The position numbers were made by a program, and so were the translations under genes. A DNA stretch of 64,000 bases from positions 62,001 to 126,000 of IMG/VR virus record IMGVR_UViG_3300021338_000003, one strand, 5' to 3'. This document shows, piece by piece, positions 9,410 to 19,816 of the stretch; the first letter of the stretch is position 1; each line of letters begins with the position of its first letter. Below the pieces are notes generated by a model that saw nothing but the letters and a program-made list of their open reading frames with translations, was not told the origin of the DNA and did not search any database.

Positions 9410-10743
9410 TGAGCCTCGAATTCGACCCGGTCCTATATACCGAGAGTTACCAGCGTCTCCTCAACGAGGTGCCGAAGAGTCTTTCGTATCTGGTGTCGGT
9501 GGTCGATATGGTTGTACCTCTCGAATTCCGTGGGGTCGAATTCAGGCTGAAGGTATCCGAACCTGGGATACCAGTGACCATTGTTATCGACCGTCCGGAT
9601 GAGGCAGGACTTGAAAACCCTGTCCCTCCGAAGCGGTTGGTGGTGGTCCCCAAGCAGGAAGTGGAAAACATCCGTGTCCCCCTGGTGTCCGGAGTGAACC
9701 GGATTCGGGCTATCTCGGATGTCGGTGACTCTTCTATGCGCATCGGAGTGGCTCACTGGGCTACCTGGCTTCATCTTTTCTCCAACGGCCTTCGTGGTGT
9801 GGAGATTCGGAATCAGGAACGACAGGATGCCATCCTGTCGTATACCGGGTCCCTGCTCACCGAGCGGTGGTTCCCTGAAGCGGACCTTCTACCCCGATCC
9901 AATTCCCTGCATCGCCTTGGTATGCGGATGATCGTCGATGGTATGCGTCGATCCGGCACCAATATTGGTATCCGGAAGGTGGTGTCTGGACTAACTGGCA
10001 GCTACCCTCACATCGTTAGTCGCCAAGCCCCCAGGATAATCGAGGGGCCTACTACCCCTCTTCCTACGGTGGGAGAGGACGTTGCCGGAGTTGACATCCA
10101 TTTGTGGCTCTTCGATGTTTGCACTATGGGCTTCATCACAGCCGGTCGATACATTGAAAACACCACCGAATACAACGACGTCCTTCAGATGTCCGAGCTT
10201 GCGGTGTCCTATCGGCAAACGGATACCGATACCAACCACGTCATGGTCAACCCAACCAATAGGATATCTTGCTCTACTGAGGACCTTCTTCTATCGGAAG
10301 GGTGCTTTGACTCCATACGCCCTTTCATTCGGGCAACCCGGCGAAAGAAGTTTGTCATTTGTCAAGCTTCGTATATTCTCGATACGGCAGTGGAGATTTG
10401 TTCTCCACTTGGGGCTGTGTACTGGGATTGCGGAGGGTCCCTGACCACCCTCGTCCATGACCCGGACGCGGTGGATGAAGAAGACCCTACTGGAGACGGG
10501 TGGGTAGGCCACGCTCTGGATGGCCGCTTTGACTATCCCTATGGCGGTTCCTTTGACACCTTCGGGGTCATCGAGGGGTTCTTGGCCGATCAATGCCCTT
10601 ATGAGCAGGGCATTGTGGTAACGCCCCTTTTCACTACTGCTACCACTGCCCAGATCGACATCGACATGGTGGCTTTTGGTGAATACGAGATCAACCCGGT
10701 CCCGTCCACTGAAGGCGAAGGCGCCATCCTCACAGCCATCTGA
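9409..10743 (+). CDS. putative baseplate wedge protein (gpI/gp7-like)
   Basis: follows baseplate J; RRSGTNIGIRKVVSGLTG resembles the GT..GI....G motif of tail protein I. Confidence 0.55.
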   Translation: MSLEFDPVLYTESYQRLLNEVPKSLSYLVSVVDMVVPLEFRGVEFRLKVSEPGIPVTIVIDRPDEAGLENPVPPKRLVVVPKQEVENIRVPLVSGVNRIRAISDVGDSSMRIGVAHWATWLHLFSNGLRGVEIRNQERQDAILSYTGSLLTERWFPEADLLPRSNSLHRLGMRMIVDGMRRSGTNIGIRKVVSGLTGSYPHIVSRQAPRIIEGPTTPLPTVGEDVAGVDIHLWLFDVCTMGFITAGRYIENTTEYNDVLQMSELAVSYRQTDTDTNHVMVNPTNRISCSTEDLLLSEGCFDSIRPFIRATRRKKFVICQASYILDTAVEICSPLGAVYWDCGGSLTTLVHDPDAVDEEDPTGDGWVGHALDGRFDYPYGGSFDTFGVIEGFLADQCPYEQGIVVTPLFTTATTAQIDIDMVAFGEYEINPVPSTEGEGAILTAI

Positions 10744-10755
10744 TTGGAGGGGTCC

Positions 10756-12078
10756 GTGCCCTATCGTACAGTCAAAATTCCTGCCAGAGCTTGTCTTGCT
10801 GCCGAGACCCGTGTTGGTCCTCCAGCATATCAGGCCGCGGAGTATACCAAGGTCACAGGCACCAACTTCGACTTTGGACAATGGGCTTTTGACTCGGCTA
10901 CGACCGAAACCATTTTTGTTCAAGTCCAGGTCCCCTCTTACTATTCGGGAGGTGGGCACAAGCTCCGTCTCCGTTGGAAGTCTTCCTTGACTTCCGGCCA
11001 GATATATTTTGGTTGTGGGATTCAGAAGAAGGCTGATACGGATACATATGACACCGCGTTCACTTCTACCGTTTCTGGTCCTTCTACGGCCGCAGGTGTG
11101 GTTGGTGACTTGGTAGAGTTGACCCTGACCCTTCCCGATATCGGAATGGTGGCTGGTGATACTCTCATCATGTCCATATACCGGGACGTTCCCTCCGAGC
11201 CGGGAACCCATGCGGCTGATGCCTTGCTGGTGGACATTGACTGGCTGGTAGACGCCACTGGCCCTGCCTACATTCCTGTGCGACTGGCTACCCCTATTGG
11301 TACCAACATTGCCAATTTCAACGCGACTCCAGACGTTCTGGATGGAAAATCTCTAGCCGTGGGTGATCTTATCCTGGCTTGGCAGCAAACCACAGCATCC
11401 GAGAACGGCATATATCAAGTAGACACGGTGGGTACAGGGTCCAATGGTGTCTGGACCCGATCTCCACTCATGGATGACAGCACCGATGCCGTCCCTGGTA
11501 CGCAGGTGTTCGTGATAGAGGGAGACCAGATGTTCAGGTCTCCAATGTACCTCATTAGCACCGGAACACTGACTATTGGTGTCAGTAACCTCGAATTCCT
11601 TCCCGGGAGGCCCCTCGTGCGCTCTGACCCCGCAGCCATCGCTGGACCCACTGCCGTTGCCCTTACTGACAGCGTCTCTACTACCGGTGGGTCGGGGTGG
11701 ATAGACGTTACTGGCTATACTGATATTGATGTGTACATCAAAGTCGATGCTGGTACCATTACAGGGACTCTGGACGAACTTCAGGCTTTTGCACGAGTTA
11801 GAGATGGGGTTCTGTCTGCCGGGGCTGGCCAGGAGGCATTCGTACACGCTGGTTCTGAATATTCCAACTGGATCGCAGACAACGGGGGAGTAGGAGAGTC
11901 TGCAGACATTATGTCTACAGCTGGTATTTTGTTTAAGACCACCCCCTATTTTGGTACCCTTTTCTATCACTTCAATTTCAAATGCTTCGGAGACCAAATG
12001 CAGGTGTTTGTTGGGACCGATGGGGTTGGACCCCCTACTGTGTCAGTAGACTTTGCATACAAACGGCATGTCCGTTAG
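10756..12078 (+). CDS. tail fibre / baseplate-associated structural protein
   Basis: GTG after GGAGG RBS; DGKSLAVGDLILAWQQTTASENGIY...WTRS...VFVIEG is a common phage fibre domain. Confidence 0.7.
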   Translation: MPYRTVKIPARACLAAETRVGPPAYQAAEYTKVTGTNFDFGQWAFDSATTETIFVQVQVPSYYSGGGHKLRLRWKSSLTSGQIYFGCGIQKKADTDTYDTAFTSTVSGPSTAAGVVGDLVELTLTLPDIGMVAGDTLIMSIYRDVPSEPGTHAADALLVDIDWLVDATGPAYIPVRLATPIGTNIANFNATPDVLDGKSLAVGDLILAWQQTTASENGIYQVDTVGTGSNGVWTRSPLMDDSTDAVPGTQVFVIEGDQMFRSPMYLISTGTLTIGVSNLEFLPGRPLVRSDPAAIAGPTAVALTDSVSTTGGSGWIDVTGYTDIDVYIKVDAGTITGTLDELQAFARVRDGVLSAGAGQEAFVHAGSEYSNWIADNGGVGESADIMSTAGILFKTTPYFGTLFYHFNFKCFGDQMQVFVGTDGVGPPTVSVDFAYKRHVR

Positions 12079-12145
12079 TCTGAATTCAGACACCACAGAT
12101 TCCTATTGTAGCCCAGGGCCGCCCTGGGCTCTCGCGTATGAGAGC
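12078..12145. promoter_or_regulatory. cluster of three inverted repeats in an intergenic gap
   Basis: GTCTGAATTCAGAC perfect palindrome 12078-12091; AGCCCAGGGC-C-GCCCTGGGCT 12110-12130; GCTCTC-N6-GAGAGC 12128-12145. Confidence 0.55.
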
Positions 12146-12150
12146 AAACG

Positions 12151-12588
12151 ATGGCAGTCCAGCTTATTGCGACACTCACAAATACCGCACGTCAAAGGGA
12201 AGCCCAGGGGACAGTCACTGGGAAGTCCTTCAAGATAGTGTCCTTTGAGGTCGGTACCGAGGGTCACGATCCTTCAGACCCATTGGTTGCGCTGCCTCCG
12301 GACCCTACGATCAATGAGCTTCCAGGTCGTGTATTTGGTCCTGAGCCGGTAGACAACCTTGGGTACCTTAGCCCCACATGTCCCTATTGGGAACTCACAA
12401 TCGAGGATGGGGAGGCCAATGGTACTCTCATTTCTAGTATTGCTCTGATTGCCGAGATTGTTAGCAATGGTGACGATGCTGTCGATGAGGTAGGAACCAC
12501 TTTCATATATGCAGTGGCCCACTTCCCCCGTGTTCCTAAGGTGCCCGGTGATACGTTCGAGTACCTAGTCGGAATCCAGGTCGGCTGA
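12151..12588 (+). CDS. tail-collar fibre-like protein (paralogue 1)
   Basis: LTNTARQREA...FKIVSFEVGTEG...ISSIALIA...YAVAHFP resembles the N-terminal tail-collar/fibre attachment domain. Confidence 0.6.
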   Translation: MAVQLIATLTNTARQREAQGTVTGKSFKIVSFEVGTEGHDPSDPLVALPPDPTINELPGRVFGPEPVDNLGYLSPTCPYWELTIEDGEANGTLISSIALIAEIVSNGDDAVDEVGTTFIYAVAHFPRVPKVPGDTFEYLVGIQVG

Positions 12589-12620
12589 AAAACTCTCTTT
12601 CTTTCTCCAGGTGAGCAAAA

Positions 12621-15600
12621 ATGGCCTTCGAGCTTTTCATTCCCTACCGCAGCAACGGCAACGACGCCTCGTTGGACATCATCTCGCGGTTTGCCCGTAT
12701 CTTGCGCAAGGGCTTCGTGAACGCCTGGCAGGACTCGACTCAGAATGTAGTCAGTGAGTCTATCGCCCCTCTCATCGTTCCTCGCTCTGGGTCCCTCAAT
12801 GTGGATGTTACTCCGGGTTCTGGTATCGGGTGGATGGCCCTATCCAACGACGGGATGGTCATCCGAGAGCAGACTAGCACCCATGGGCCTCTCACGGTTG
12901 CAGCAAGCACCAAGAATTACATCGTGCTCCGCGCGTTGTACGCTCCCTCTACTGGCGGTGAGGTTGTTGAGTTTCAGTCCCTGACTGAAGCCGACTACAA
13001 TGCATCTCCAGTTAAGAGCCAACTTATCATTGTCGGGACTTTGACTCTGGGCGCCACCTCGGATGCCTCCACGGGTACGGTGTCCTATGATGAACGGGAC
13101 CGAGTTGAAGGATTCTTCGACACTCCCTGGCGCCCTTCGGTGGACACCTTCGCCAACCTCCCTACTTCCAGCAATGATATCTTGAAGACTGGTGATACTG
13201 TCATTGTTCGGGATTCTTTCACCATGTATGTGTGGAATGGGTCGGCCTGGGTCACCGCTGGCGGTGCTGCATCCCTACATGTGGCCGCTGGCATCACTGA
13301 TGCTTATCGGGTGGACCAAGATCGGGCTGTTCAGGGAAGTGGTATCCTGGCTGGTGGTCTGGATTCAAGCCAGCCTTTTGCTCGTCTCCCCGGCCTCCAG
13401 GTCCATAGCATGGCCGCTGCACGCACTATCGGCCTTGGTGAGATGCGTCTCATCATCAATGGATTTGGGTTCAAAACCAAGCACATCGACTACCAGATGA
13501 CGGCCCCTCCCGGTGTTGGGACCCGGTATGACCTCTTGTACTTGGAGATGTACCGGATGGAGGTCGCCAGCCCCTCGGCCGTGACCTTCGACAATTACAC
13601 CGGGTCCTCTGTGTCTTTGGGTACGGTCATTACCGCCATGGAGAGCCTGTCAGCCAAGAGTGATGAGACCGGAGCATCCATTGATTTTGGGCCCATCGAA
13701 CGGACCGCTGACAACAAATACCTCATCACTGTCTACTCCATTCGTGAGGAGTCGGACCTCTCGGCCAGCACCGTGGCTGACCCCTACGACCTCGCCACCT
13801 ACTCGGTGGCTCCCACCAATTCTGATGGGAATACCTGGTCTTATGGTGCCAACTCCTATGATGACCGTGTGTGGTATGCCACACACTCTTCGGCCTATGG
13901 CACCCATTCCTATGGCATGCCTTTGGTGATGATTAAGCGGGACTCCAGTGAGAGTCTGGGCGTTCTGACCAGCCTGAGTGGAGAGAATCTCATCTTCCCG
14001 ATTCATCCAGTGTGTGATACGGGCGGCTACATTCGTGGGTTGCTGGAAGGTTTGTCCAATGCCCGGAGTTCCTCCCAGGATGCCCGCCTACCCTCCGGTG
14101 TTAAGGAGACCACGCCCTGGAACGGTCCGTCCAGTGGGTACAGTGGTGGTATGAAGCTTTCTATTGCTGGGTACAACCTCGAAGTGACCGAGGCCACTAC
14201 CCGACCCATCAGCACGCCGAGTGCCCCCACTACCGGTGCACGGCGTGACTTGGTGTATGCCACCCTGAACCTCGTGGCCTTCACCGACCCTGCGGGCACC
14301 GGTCGTCAAATCATCCCACTGGGTGAATTTCGTGAGGTTCCCTATTCTAGCACGTATATGAAGGAAGTTTATGCTCAGGTCGAGTTCCACATGGAGGGCG
14401 TGGGTCAGGTAGAGGATGTTGATGACGCTTTTGCTGCCCTGGGGTATTCCCGCATACCTGGGGACCCGGGACTATTTGGTATCGCAGATGTCAGCTTCGA
14501 CCCACGTCTCAACTTTGACCAGGTGACGTATGCCATCCCGATCGCAGTGGTTGAGCGTCGCAACACTGGTACTTGGGATGCCTCTACTAACCCCAATGGC
14601 GGTGCCTCTCGTCCTGACTCCCTCACGACTTCCATTGTGAATAAGGACATCACCAGTTGGTCCCACTTGGTGGGTCTGGATCGCCATGACATAGAACAAC
14701 TCCTACACCGTTCGACGGATTCCCTCTTGCGTGGGGATCTTCCTACGAACATTGTGAGGCATCCGACTCACTCTGGAGTGGCTGGCCGACGTTTCCTGAT
14801 GACGGAGGCTATTGGTGTAACCTCGGCTGGATATCGGGAGCTTCCCGCTGCACCTGATGGTTTCCGGACGGCCTGGTCCGATGCCGTGGAACTCCGTCCT
14901 TTTGGTACCTCGTTTCTGGTTCACACCGGGTCCTTCTCTGGTCCTATCTTCTCATATGACTCGGGTACAGGCCAGCTGGACATCGTCATGCCTACAGGGA
15001 TGTCGATATACATCACCGCTACGGATCCGACGGCCTTCCACTTTGTGGGATACGAAAGTGCTGGGCCGCCTTCTCTTCCGAAGGTTAGCACCGCAGGCTG
15101 GAATACCGTCGGGTCTGAGTCTGGAGCAGTCACCGGTATTTCCGGATTCACCATCAACAATACGGATTCCTTTGGGTATCCGACTGATGTGACGTGTACC
15201 CTGACTTTCACTGGTACAGGATTGGTACGGTTCTTCTTCTGGGCCATTATGCAGAGGTCGGACACCGACGTACAGCATCAAGACAATGGCGGCCTCCTCC
15301 TGCCTCCGGATGATATCATCCAGATCGAAACCGGTGGTGGGTTCACCACGCCCATCTCCACCACTCCGTTGGTGGCATCCTTGGAAGCCACCCTCTCTGG
15401 TGACACGGCAACCTTCGACCTGGCCAACCTCACCGCGGCCATTGATACCCCTGGAACCCCGACGTACTTGGGCGTGATGGCTGCCTCTGTGGAAAATGTC
15501 TCTCGGTCTGGTTATTCCTACACGGCCACAATCAACGATGCTCAGACCGAGGCTGTCGTAACCCTGTCTACGGCTGCTCATACCGGTGAGACGTGTCGAA

Positions 15601-17030
15601 TCATGGTGGCCTACGAGACTAGCACCGTAACCCAGTGGCTAGAGTTCTCCCGGTCTGCCAAATCTGTGATTGGTCCTTTCCAGTGGTCCGAATATACCTG
15701 GACTGACCAGACCACTGCCCGGAAGGTGATGGGTGTCCCGCAGGCCAAGAGTCAGGGGATGATGGGCGGCTGCTTGATGTGGCGAACCACCTCTACCTCC
15801 AACGATTGGGAGATCTCGAACAGCCCCGAGTTCAACCGCTGGCAAATCGATGAGGGTTCTGCCCAAATAGAGCTGCGGGATATATCCGGAGCAGCCTTGA
15901 ACACCGGTATTGATCTCAAGGCGGTATTCGTGACCCTGGAGCCTTTTGAGGCGGCCGATGAGATTCGGATATACTACGAGGCGACCCCCTATATGGGCAT
16001 CTCCGGTCTCCAGAGTGCTGCATCCAAGCGAGCAGCTATTGTGGACCGCCTGCAGGGTGAGGTTCTCCTGCCCGGCAAGGTGTTCGTCACCTCGGGTGGA
16101 TATGCTCCTTACTACGTGTTTCCAACTGATGTATCCGAGGCCGCCCCTGCCCGTTCCGGATATGATCAGGATTTCATGAGTAATCACCCCAACCGGGCCC
16201 TGGCCTTCATTCAAGCAGGCTCCGGTTTCCGTCGCTACCGTGACCCCAACGTCCCGGATGTGACCAACGAAGAGGTGGGTAATTACTCGATGGTCATGCA
16301 CATTCCTAAGAATGGAATGGACGCTCTGCCCGAGCGTCTGCCTTGGCCGGATTATGCCAATATGTCCGTGACTGTGAACACTTCTACCGACTGGGAAGCC
16401 GGCACTGTCGAGGCTTGGGAACTCACGTATGAGCCTTTCACCGCTGCGAACAATGGCAACATTGGCGGAGGGTACTTCTATTGGTGTGATGACCGTAATA
16501 TCGCCGAGGAAATTAGCGGTCGACGCCCGACTCCCGGCCTGGAAATAGGGTATGGTGACCTGACCAACGCCCAGAAGAACTCCTTGGAATCGGTGTTCAT
16601 GGTGGATGGTGATCGAGGTGTGGCCACCACCATGCTGGCCTATGATCTCACCAATACTACGGCGGACACCTTCATCAGCACCGGAGTTGCCTTCCTGGCT
16701 CCTGGCAGTGTTGAGGGACTACTTACCAGTGAGATGGACCAGGGCCACATAGGCTACCTGATCCCCCAGACGCTGCCTACCTTCCTCTCTGTGGGTACTG
16801 GATTCCGTATCTCCGGGTCCGGAACGACCGTCAATTACTATGGCGGTCATTCTACCTTCATTCGGGCCACTACTGGCACCCAGGAGGGCGTGATCCATAT
16901 GCAGGTCTCTGGTTCTCCGCGTAAGGTTTCGCAGGCGCCCCCTGCCGGTCCTTACGCTGTACAGGTGGGAGGTGTATACGACGCCTTCTGGCCCCTCTAC
17001 CGACCCCTCTTGCCCGTGCGCAAGGTCTGA
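12621..17030 (+). CDS. large structural protein (tail fibre/baseplate), 1469 aa
   Basis: Ser/Thr/Gly-rich with beta-strand character; internal repeat APPGVGTRYDLLYL / APTTGARRDLVYA; position in tail module. Confidence 0.7.
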   Translation: MAFELFIPYRSNGNDASLDIISRFARILRKGFVNAWQDSTQNVVSESIAPLIVPRSGSLNVDVTPGSGIGWMALSNDGMVIREQTSTHGPLTVAASTKNYIVLRALYAPSTGGEVVEFQSLTEADYNASPVKSQLIIVGTLTLGATSDASTGTVSYDERDRVEGFFDTPWRPSVDTFANLPTSSNDILKTGDTVIVRDSFTMYVWNGSAWVTAGGAASLHVAAGITDAYRVDQDRAVQGSGILAGGLDSSQPFARLPGLQVHSMAAARTIGLGEMRLIINGFGFKTKHIDYQMTAPPGVGTRYDLLYLEMYRMEVASPSAVTFDNYTGSSVSLGTVITAMESLSAKSDETGASIDFGPIERTADNKYLITVYSIREESDLSASTVADPYDLATYSVAPTNSDGNTWSYGANSYDDRVWYATHSSAYGTHSYGMPLVMIKRDSSESLGVLTSLSGENLIFPIHPVCDTGGYIRGLLEGLSNARSSSQDARLPSGVKETTPWNGPSSGYSGGMKLSIAGYNLEVTEATTRPISTPSAPTTGARRDLVYATLNLVAFTDPAGTGRQIIPLGEFREVPYSSTYMKEVYAQVEFHMEGVGQVEDVDDAFAALGYSRIPGDPGLFGIADVSFDPRLNFDQVTYAIPIAVVERRNTGTWDASTNPNGGASRPDSLTTSIVNKDITSWSHLVGLDRHDIEQLLHRSTDSLLRGDLPTNIVRHPTHSGVAGRRFLMTEAIGVTSAGYRELPAAPDGFRTAWSDAVELRPFGTSFLVHTGSFSGPIFSYDSGTGQLDIVMPTGMSIYITATDPTAFHFVGYESAGPPSLPKVSTAGWNTVGSESGAVTGISGFTINNTDSFGYPTDVTCTLTFTGTGLVRFFFWAIMQRSDTDVQHQDNGGLLLPPDDIIQIETGGGFTTPISTTPLVASLEATLSGDTATFDLANLTAAIDTPGTPTYLGVMAASVENVSRSGYSYTATINDAQTEAVVTLSTAAHTGETCRIMVAYETSTVTQWLEFSRSAKSVIGPFQWSEYTWTDQTTARKVMGVPQAKSQGMMGGCLMWRTTSTSNDWEISNSPEFNRWQIDEGSAQIELRDISGAALNTGIDLKAVFVTLEPFEAADEIRIYYEATPYMGISGLQSAASKRAAIVDRLQGEVLLPGKVFVTSGGYAPYYVFPTDVSEAAPARSGYDQDFMSNHPNRALAFIQAGSGFRRYRDPNVPDVTNEEVGNYSMVMHIPKNGMDALPERLPWPDYANMSVTVNTSTDWEAGTVEAWELTYEPFTAANNGNIGGGYFYWCDDRNIAEEISGRRPTPGLEIGYGDLTNAQKNSLESVFMVDGDRGVATTMLAYDLTNTTADTFISTGVAFLAPGSVEGLLTSEMDQGHIGYLIPQTLPTFLSVGTGFRISGSGTTVNYYGGHSTFIRATTGTQEGVIHMQVSGSPRKVSQAPPAGPYAVQVGGVYDAFWPLYRPLLPVRKV

Positions 17031-17051
17031 AGCGAATAGGAGACTCTCACA

Positions 17052-17966
17052 ATGGCCGACTACAGCCGCACTGGCACTAGTGTTGCCTCCCTTCAGGATA
17101 TCATCGATACCATGGTGTCCTTCCTAACCGCAAGTGGACCCGGGCCTACCTGGGTCCAGGATGCTACTTTCACGGCAGCCTCCAATGCAGGAAATCTCTT
17201 CCTGCAGACCGCTGGTGCTACCACCATGTATGTGTCATTCAAGGCAATCACAGTTGACTCCGAGGATATACTGTTCTGCCATTGGAATCCCGGGACTTCC
17301 AATGGGTATGGGGGTGGGGCTGGTCCTACTGCTGCTCGCACCGCATTTGGTTCGTCGTTTCGCATGGACCCCGTCAACGAGACATATCAGCTCCACCTGT
17401 TTGCCGATGACGAGCGGTGTGTGGCCGTCCTCGAAGGTACCCCCAAGCTCGGCACTGTGACCGCCGGGATTCGTCCTCGGTCCTCAGCCCAAATCCTGTA
17501 CTTTGGGGAATACACTCCCCATGCAGGTGCAGCGGATGATCCATATCCTCTTATCATCGCTGGTAATAGTCGTTACTTCCAGGCAGACCCTGTCACTGGT
17601 CTGCAGCTTGGGCATTGGCCCGAGACTGTCTTCAAGACGGCTGGCCCGGACGATAAGTTCTTCGACCGGGACGAAGGTATGGGATGGCGCAAACTGTATG
17701 GGCCCTCTTTCGACCCACCCCGGAATTCTCGTGGTAGTGAGGGGTTTGTGTACCAGCAGGACATCTATCTGGATGGTCCAGGTCTAGAGGAATCTCTTTC
17801 TCTAATTGGGTGCCTGGTAGGCAACAAGGACCATGGCATCTACCAGACGATCACCATCTCCGCCAACGACTATCTGACTGTTCCCAGCATTCTATATGTC
17901 ACACCCGAACCGGGGACTGACACCAGTGGTCATGTCTACCTGTTCCCGATCGGAGTGGCCATCTGA
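17052..17966 (+). CDS. putative virion/tail protein
   Basis: AGGAG RBS; MADYSRTGT...LQDIIDTMVSFLT...W start typical of virion structural proteins. Confidence 0.55.
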   Translation: MADYSRTGTSVASLQDIIDTMVSFLTASGPGPTWVQDATFTAASNAGNLFLQTAGATTMYVSFKAITVDSEDILFCHWNPGTSNGYGGGAGPTAARTAFGSSFRMDPVNETYQLHLFADDERCVAVLEGTPKLGTVTAGIRPRSSAQILYFGEYTPHAGAADDPYPLIIAGNSRYFQADPVTGLQLGHWPETVFKTAGPDDKFFDRDEGMGWRKLYGPSFDPPRNSRGSEGFVYQQDIYLDGPGLEESLSLIGCLVGNKDHGIYQTITISANDYLTVPSILYVTPEPGTDTSGHVYLFPIGVAI

Positions 17967-18568
17967 TGCCACTGGTTTCTACGCCAGGAGTGCCCGGGGG
18001 GTCCTTGGGGTCGAGCATGGGGATTACCTCCTCGTCTACCCCCTCGGTCAGCACACTGCCCTCTACGGGAGTCTATCTTATCACAGCTGGTCTGGTTGCC
18101 CAGAACCTTCTACCAGTGGGTGGGGTGCCGAATACTGTCCTCGTTGCATTGACTGATGTTGGGGCTATTCTTATTGCTCGGCGTCTGGTTGAGGGGCTTG
18201 GGTTCAAGATTGTTGGGTTTCGGGTTGGCTCTACTGGGTATGACCCAAATGACCCGACCCAGGCTGCCCCACTGAACCCTGCTGACACGGCCCTTGGGAA
18301 CACAGTGTTCCCGACACATCTTCTACCTCCAGAGGCCATCGACCGGTACGAGTCCCCTAATGACTATGGGATATCCTTCTTGTGCCGCGTTGCTTCTGGG
18401 GAGGCTATATCGGGTATTGGAGAGATTGGCATCTTTGCGCAGATCACTTCTAGCCCATTGAACCCATCTGAAGTAGGAACATACGTTCTCTTTGCTCACG
18501 CTCACCGTCCCCTCTTCGGGAAGACGACCAATGACGTTATGGTGTGGAGAATGGTGTGCCAGTGGTGA
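17966..18568 (+). CDS. tail-collar fibre-like protein (paralogue 2)
   Basis: LTDVGAILIA...FKIVGFRVGSTGYDPNDP...IGEIGIFA...LFAHAHRP aligns by eye with 12151..12588. Confidence 0.6.
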   Translation: MPLVSTPGVPGGSLGSSMGITSSSTPSVSTLPSTGVYLITAGLVAQNLLPVGGVPNTVLVALTDVGAILIARRLVEGLGFKIVGFRVGSTGYDPNDPTQAAPLNPADTALGNTVFPTHLLPPEAIDRYESPNDYGISFLCRVASGEAISGIGEIGIFAQITSSPLNPSEVGTYVLFAHAHRPLFGKTTNDVMVWRMVCQW

Positions 18569-18572
18569 ACAA

Positions 18573-19736
18573 ATGACCAGTATCGCAAACAAAGAAATCC
18601 TCCTAGCAGAGCATACCCTTGGGCTATCGACCAGGGAAACCGTAACCGCTGTAGCCCTCATGAGTCGGGGTGGTGTTGAAGTAGCAGCCCGTGCATTCCC
18701 GAACAAGAGGGAAGAGATTCTGGCTGTGGCCAGTGACCTTCATTCCCGCAGGGTTATCGAGATCTCTGACCTGGGTGGACAGACGGTTGACCTCCAGGGT
18801 TGCAAGGTCCAGGTCAGCTCCCCCTGCAATTTTGAGTCTTTCAACCTTGTGTTTCGGGATTTCTCCCCGACCCGCACCAAGGTAACCATTCGGTTTGTGT
18901 CTGAGGATACGGCTCTGGTGGTTGGTTCGTCCCTGGATGAGCATGCGGCCATGAAACCTCGGAATGTTATCTCCAATCCGGTTCTACGTCTGGCCGTCGC
19001 CAATAGCCTGACTGCTCTGGGAGGTGTCTACCTCAAGCGTGCCCTTCAGAATCGCGAGGGGATCTCAGGTCATTTCCTGCGCCATCTGGACCGGATATGC
19101 AAAACGGTTATGGACCCCAACAACATCCTTCCGGGCATTCACCTGACCATGACTCCGGTGCCCACCAAGAAGGGAACTCCTAGAAAGTTCACTCTCACGG
19201 CCCAGTTGAGCCTGAGCTTCGAACTTCATATGTATGGTCCCTCAGACCATATTAAGAACTTTGTCAACGTGATCAAGGACCCGGCCTACTTCGAGTTGAC
19301 CGGTGTGGCTAAGGTTTTGGAAGGCGTCAAGGATGAGCCCGAGGCGGCCGACCTTCTTCGTCAGATCCAGGCCCTGGCCCCTGCTGCTCGTCACCACCGT
19401 TCTCGGAGGCTCAAGGAAGAGCCCCAACAGAACCCACCCATCACCGAGGTGATTCACATGGTCGGGGATGATGCCGAAGAGGACCCCATTGCAGTTGAGG
19501 TCGTTGAGCTTGATGAGGATGTGGTTCTGGCAGTCAAGAACCACACCGAGCCTTATCGTGATGTGGATGACGGCTCTCACTCCATTGCTACTGCTGGTAC
19601 CATGGTCTCGGATGTCATCCCTGATATCTCAACTTCGGCTGCTCGTTATGCCGCTGCCTCCTTGATGCTCCAGCTGGTCGACGCTCCGCTCGATTACATC
19701 ATGGCTGGCATTGAGAAACAAGCCAAGGTCTCTTGA
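18573..19736 (+). CDS. hypothetical protein (~387 aa)
   Basis: ORF 18492..19736; ATG 18573 lies just after the upstream stop. Confidence 0.7.
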   Translation: MTSIANKEILLAEHTLGLSTRETVTAVALMSRGGVEVAARAFPNKREEILAVASDLHSRRVIEISDLGGQTVDLQGCKVQVSSPCNFESFNLVFRDFSPTRTKVTIRFVSEDTALVVGSSLDEHAAMKPRNVISNPVLRLAVANSLTALGGVYLKRALQNREGISGHFLRHLDRICKTVMDPNNILPGIHLTMTPVPTKKGTPRKFTLTAQLSLSFELHMYGPSDHIKNFVNVIKDPAYFELTGVAKVLEGVKDEPEAADLLRQIQALAPAARHHRSRRLKEEPQQNPPITEVIHMVGDDAEEDPIAVEVVELDEDVVLAVKNHTEPYRDVDDGSHSIATAGTMVSDVIPDISTSAARYAAASLMLQLVDAPLDYIMAGIEKQAKVS

Positions 19737-19816
19737 TGGGACGTGCTCTGGCCTGTCTCTGTTCTGTCGTTGGGTACGATCGATGCCCACACCATCAACA
19801 CAAAAAGGAAATCGAA

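Noticed and set aside
10741-10758. Stop-codon readthrough or recoding fusing the in-frame ORFs 9409..10743 and 10744..12078
   Set aside because: A GGAGG RBS and GTG start lie right after the TGA. Conserved genes elsewhere (gyrB, polA, purZ) are uninterrupted, so the standard code fits
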